From: Zootoca vivipara
Lineage: Eukaryota
Direction of reading: 5' to 3'
DNA length: 64,000 nt
Assembly (NCBI RefSeq): GCF_963506605.1
Contig: NC_083283.1
Location: 67,332,001-67,396,000, forward strand
Positions 61,402 to 64,000 of this stretch are shown here, one piece after another. The position numbers were made by a program, and so were the translations under genes. Position 1 is the first letter of the stretch, and each line of letters begins with the position of its first letter. The notes beneath the pieces were generated by a model. That model was not told the DNA's origin and ran no database searches. It saw nothing but the letters and a program-made list of their open reading frames with translations.

Positions 61402-61524
61402 GTCTAAAGCAAAGGAGGCGAACTCATTGCCTTCCAGATATTTTTGGACTATAACTCCCATCTCCCCTAACTAATGATTATGCTGGCTGGGACAGGCAGT
61501 TTAACTACTCCTGACATAAAGCTA

Positions 61525-62002
61525 CATGATTGAGCTACCTTTGAAGGTGACCTGGAAGGTCCAACTAATCCAGAATGCAGCAGCAAGACTGGTGATTGGC
61601 AGTGGCCACCGAGGCGACATAACACCGGTCTTGAAAGACCTACATTGGCTCTGAGCTCAATTCAAAGTGTTGGTGCTGACCTTTAAAGCCCTAAATGGCC
61701 TCGGCCCAGTATACCCGAAGGAGCGTCTCCACCCCCATCGTTCAACCCGGACACTGAGGTCCAGCGCTGAGGGCCTTCTGGCGGTTCCCTCACTGCGAGA
61801 AGTGAAGTTACAGGGAACCCGGCAGAGGGCCTTCTCGGTAGTGGTGCCCACCCTGCGGAACACCCCCCCCATCAGATGTCAAGGAAATAAACAACTACCT
61901 GACATTTAGAAGACATCTGAAGGCAGCCCTGTTTAGGGAAGTTTTTAATGACTGATGTTTTAATGTTTTTTTAACCGCCCAGAGTGAGCTGGGTAGAAAT
62001 AA

Positions 62003-62045
<43 letters not shown>

Positions 62046-62046
62046 T
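61525..62046 (+). mobile_element. L2 LINE 3' end with (AAT)n tail
   Basis: 'QLIQNAAARL', 'VLTFKALNGLGP', 'RAFSVVVPTL'; (AAT)n at ~62006-62044. Confidence 0.9.
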
Positions 62047-62610
62047 ACAGTATTATTATTATTACCCCACTCCTTTTAATATTGTATTTTTGAATTTTGC
62101 TATCTGGGGATGGAAAGAGTGACATATTATTTTGTGTTAACTGGAATTTTGCTTTCACTGCCTAGAGGAAGAGTCCCATGTTTCTTGTAAGATACACTTT
62201 CCCCTTTAGAGGCTCAATTTTTGCAGTTTTGGGGATACAGTAACCTTGTCTGGCCCCTGAATTTACAAACATTGCTTTTAAAAGCTCGATGCCAGCCTTA
62301 CCATGGGATCATCTTGGAGCAAAAGTAATTCAAGGTAGGGCTCCAAATATCAAGCGCTGATTTCTTTTGCATAGCCTTCTGTTCTTTATTTCCACATTGC
62401 TGCATAAACATCCACAAAGCCTCCTAGCCATTACATAATTCAGGTATAATACATTTCGGTCTCTGTGGAGAAAGTAACTTAAGTCTCTGCGACATGTTAC
62501 AAAATATATTACTTTGAATGCAAGCAATAGATTAAACAAGGAAAGACAAACTAAGGTCAGTGTCTGTAGTTTGGGTTTTAAAAGATTTGTTGGCACTTCT
62601 GCATATCATA

Positions 62611-62965
62611 AAAGGTAAAGGTAAAGGGACCCCTGACCATTAGGTCCAGTCGTGACCGACTCTGGGGTTGCGCGCTCATCTCGCATTATTGGCCGAGGGA
62701 GCCGGCGTATAGCTTCCAGGTCATGTGGCCAGCATGACAAAGCCGCTTCTGGCAAACCAGAGCAGCACATGGAAACGCCGTTTACCTTCCCGCTGTAGCG
62801 GTTCCTATTTATCTACTTGCATTTTGACGTGCTTTCGAACTGCTAGGTTGGCAGGAGCTGGGACCAAGCAACGGGAGCTCACCCCGTCACAGGGATTCGA
62901 ACCGCCGACCTTCTGATCAGCAAGCTCTAGGCTCAGTGGTTTAACCACAGCGCCATCTGGGTCCC
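62611..62965 (-). mobile_element. Sauria SINE, full length, young subfamily
   Basis: TSD TCTGCATATCATA at 62598-62610 and 62966-62978; CpGs largely intact. Confidence 0.95.
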
Positions 62966-64000
62966 TCTGCATATCATATCTGACAACATAAATGGTTAGT
63001 GTTGCAATTTTTTTTTTATGTGCACATTGTTTGAAGAAGATTTGACCAATAAAAGCAGCATTTCCCCAGTAATCTGCCAAAAGGAAAAGAAATAAAACAA
63101 AAGCCAAAAATTAAAATTACGCACAACCCGAAGCATCCTGTGCAACCATCAGCTGGATTTCACTGATAGAATTAAAGAGAGAATTTGGTCTTTTGTGCTA
63201 GGAAACAAAGCCCCCTCCAGTTGGTTAGAAGCAGAGATGCAGATCCCCATCTGACATGGATTTCGAGGACCATATGCATGTTTTGGCTTGAAATTCTCCC
63301 TAAGGAATCCAAGGCCAAACAACGCTTGTTTTACAAGCCACCCAAACGCAACAGGGATATTCAAGCAGAAACTGTAAATCATATGAGATAGTATTGAAAC
63401 TCTAAAAGAGAATTACACAACTGATGGTTTTGTTTAGACTGCTCTCAGTTTGGATTTCTTCATATTGCAGCACTATTTTAATTGTGTTTTATAATACACT
63501 TTATTTGATATACAGGAAACTACTTTGCGGTCATTGTGCGATAAAAAGAATGAAGGGAAGAAGCGGATCAGTCATATTATTTGTTGTTATTTAGCTTCGG
63601 GTAGTCATAAAGATAAGTTTGGATTAATTTGTTAAATGCATTAAGCATCCCTACTTATAAGTCAGTAACTGAAAATAACTGGGTATGATCCAAAAATTAA
63701 GTGTGGGTGTTAATTAAGTTTTTACTAAGAGTAGGGCCACTGAAATTAATGAACATGACAAAGTTAGGTCCATTGATTTCAATTAGTCTACTCTTGAGTA
63801 AAATTTAGTTGAGTATCATACTGTGATGTGAAGTCGCGTTGATTTCTGTAGGACAGAATTAAGCATATGTTTTAAACTGCAAACCTATGCATACATATGT
63901 GTTGGGTTTCTATTCCTCTCACTGTGCAGATATTGTGTAGGATTGGTTTATCACATGTCTGTGTTATGCATTCCAGCACCAACTGCTGGAATCACGGAGC

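Overview
Vertebrate non-coding DNA, most likely from a squamate (lacertid-type) lizard, judged from eight Sauria/Squam1 SINE copies plus BovB, L2, CR1 and Penelope-like relics. I find no convincing cellular protein-coding exon; every ORF with recognisable protein similarity is retroelement-derived. The window reads as a large intron or intergenic tract densely filled with SINEs, LINE 3' fragments and hAT or Tc1/pogo-type MITEs. It is interrupted by TE-poor, probably regulatory islands; the largest (~7.1-12.4 kb) has promoter-like motifs and candidate non-coding exons. I see no new multi-gene system. The most unusual signals are mechanistic fossils: (1) a SINE at 18.5 kb carrying 97 bp of unique flank, including the target-site duplication (TSD), copied from another SINE 19 kb away; (2) a 118-bp segment at 51.8 kb stitched from two local inverted templates, with all four mismatches G-U compatible; (3) a minimal hammerhead-ribozyme motif in a Penelope-like terminus; (4) a bipartite internally deleted RTE; (5) a 13-bp tail-only retro-insertion with a 16-bp TSD. 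All calls and counts were made by eye, and family names are recognition-based rather than database-verified.
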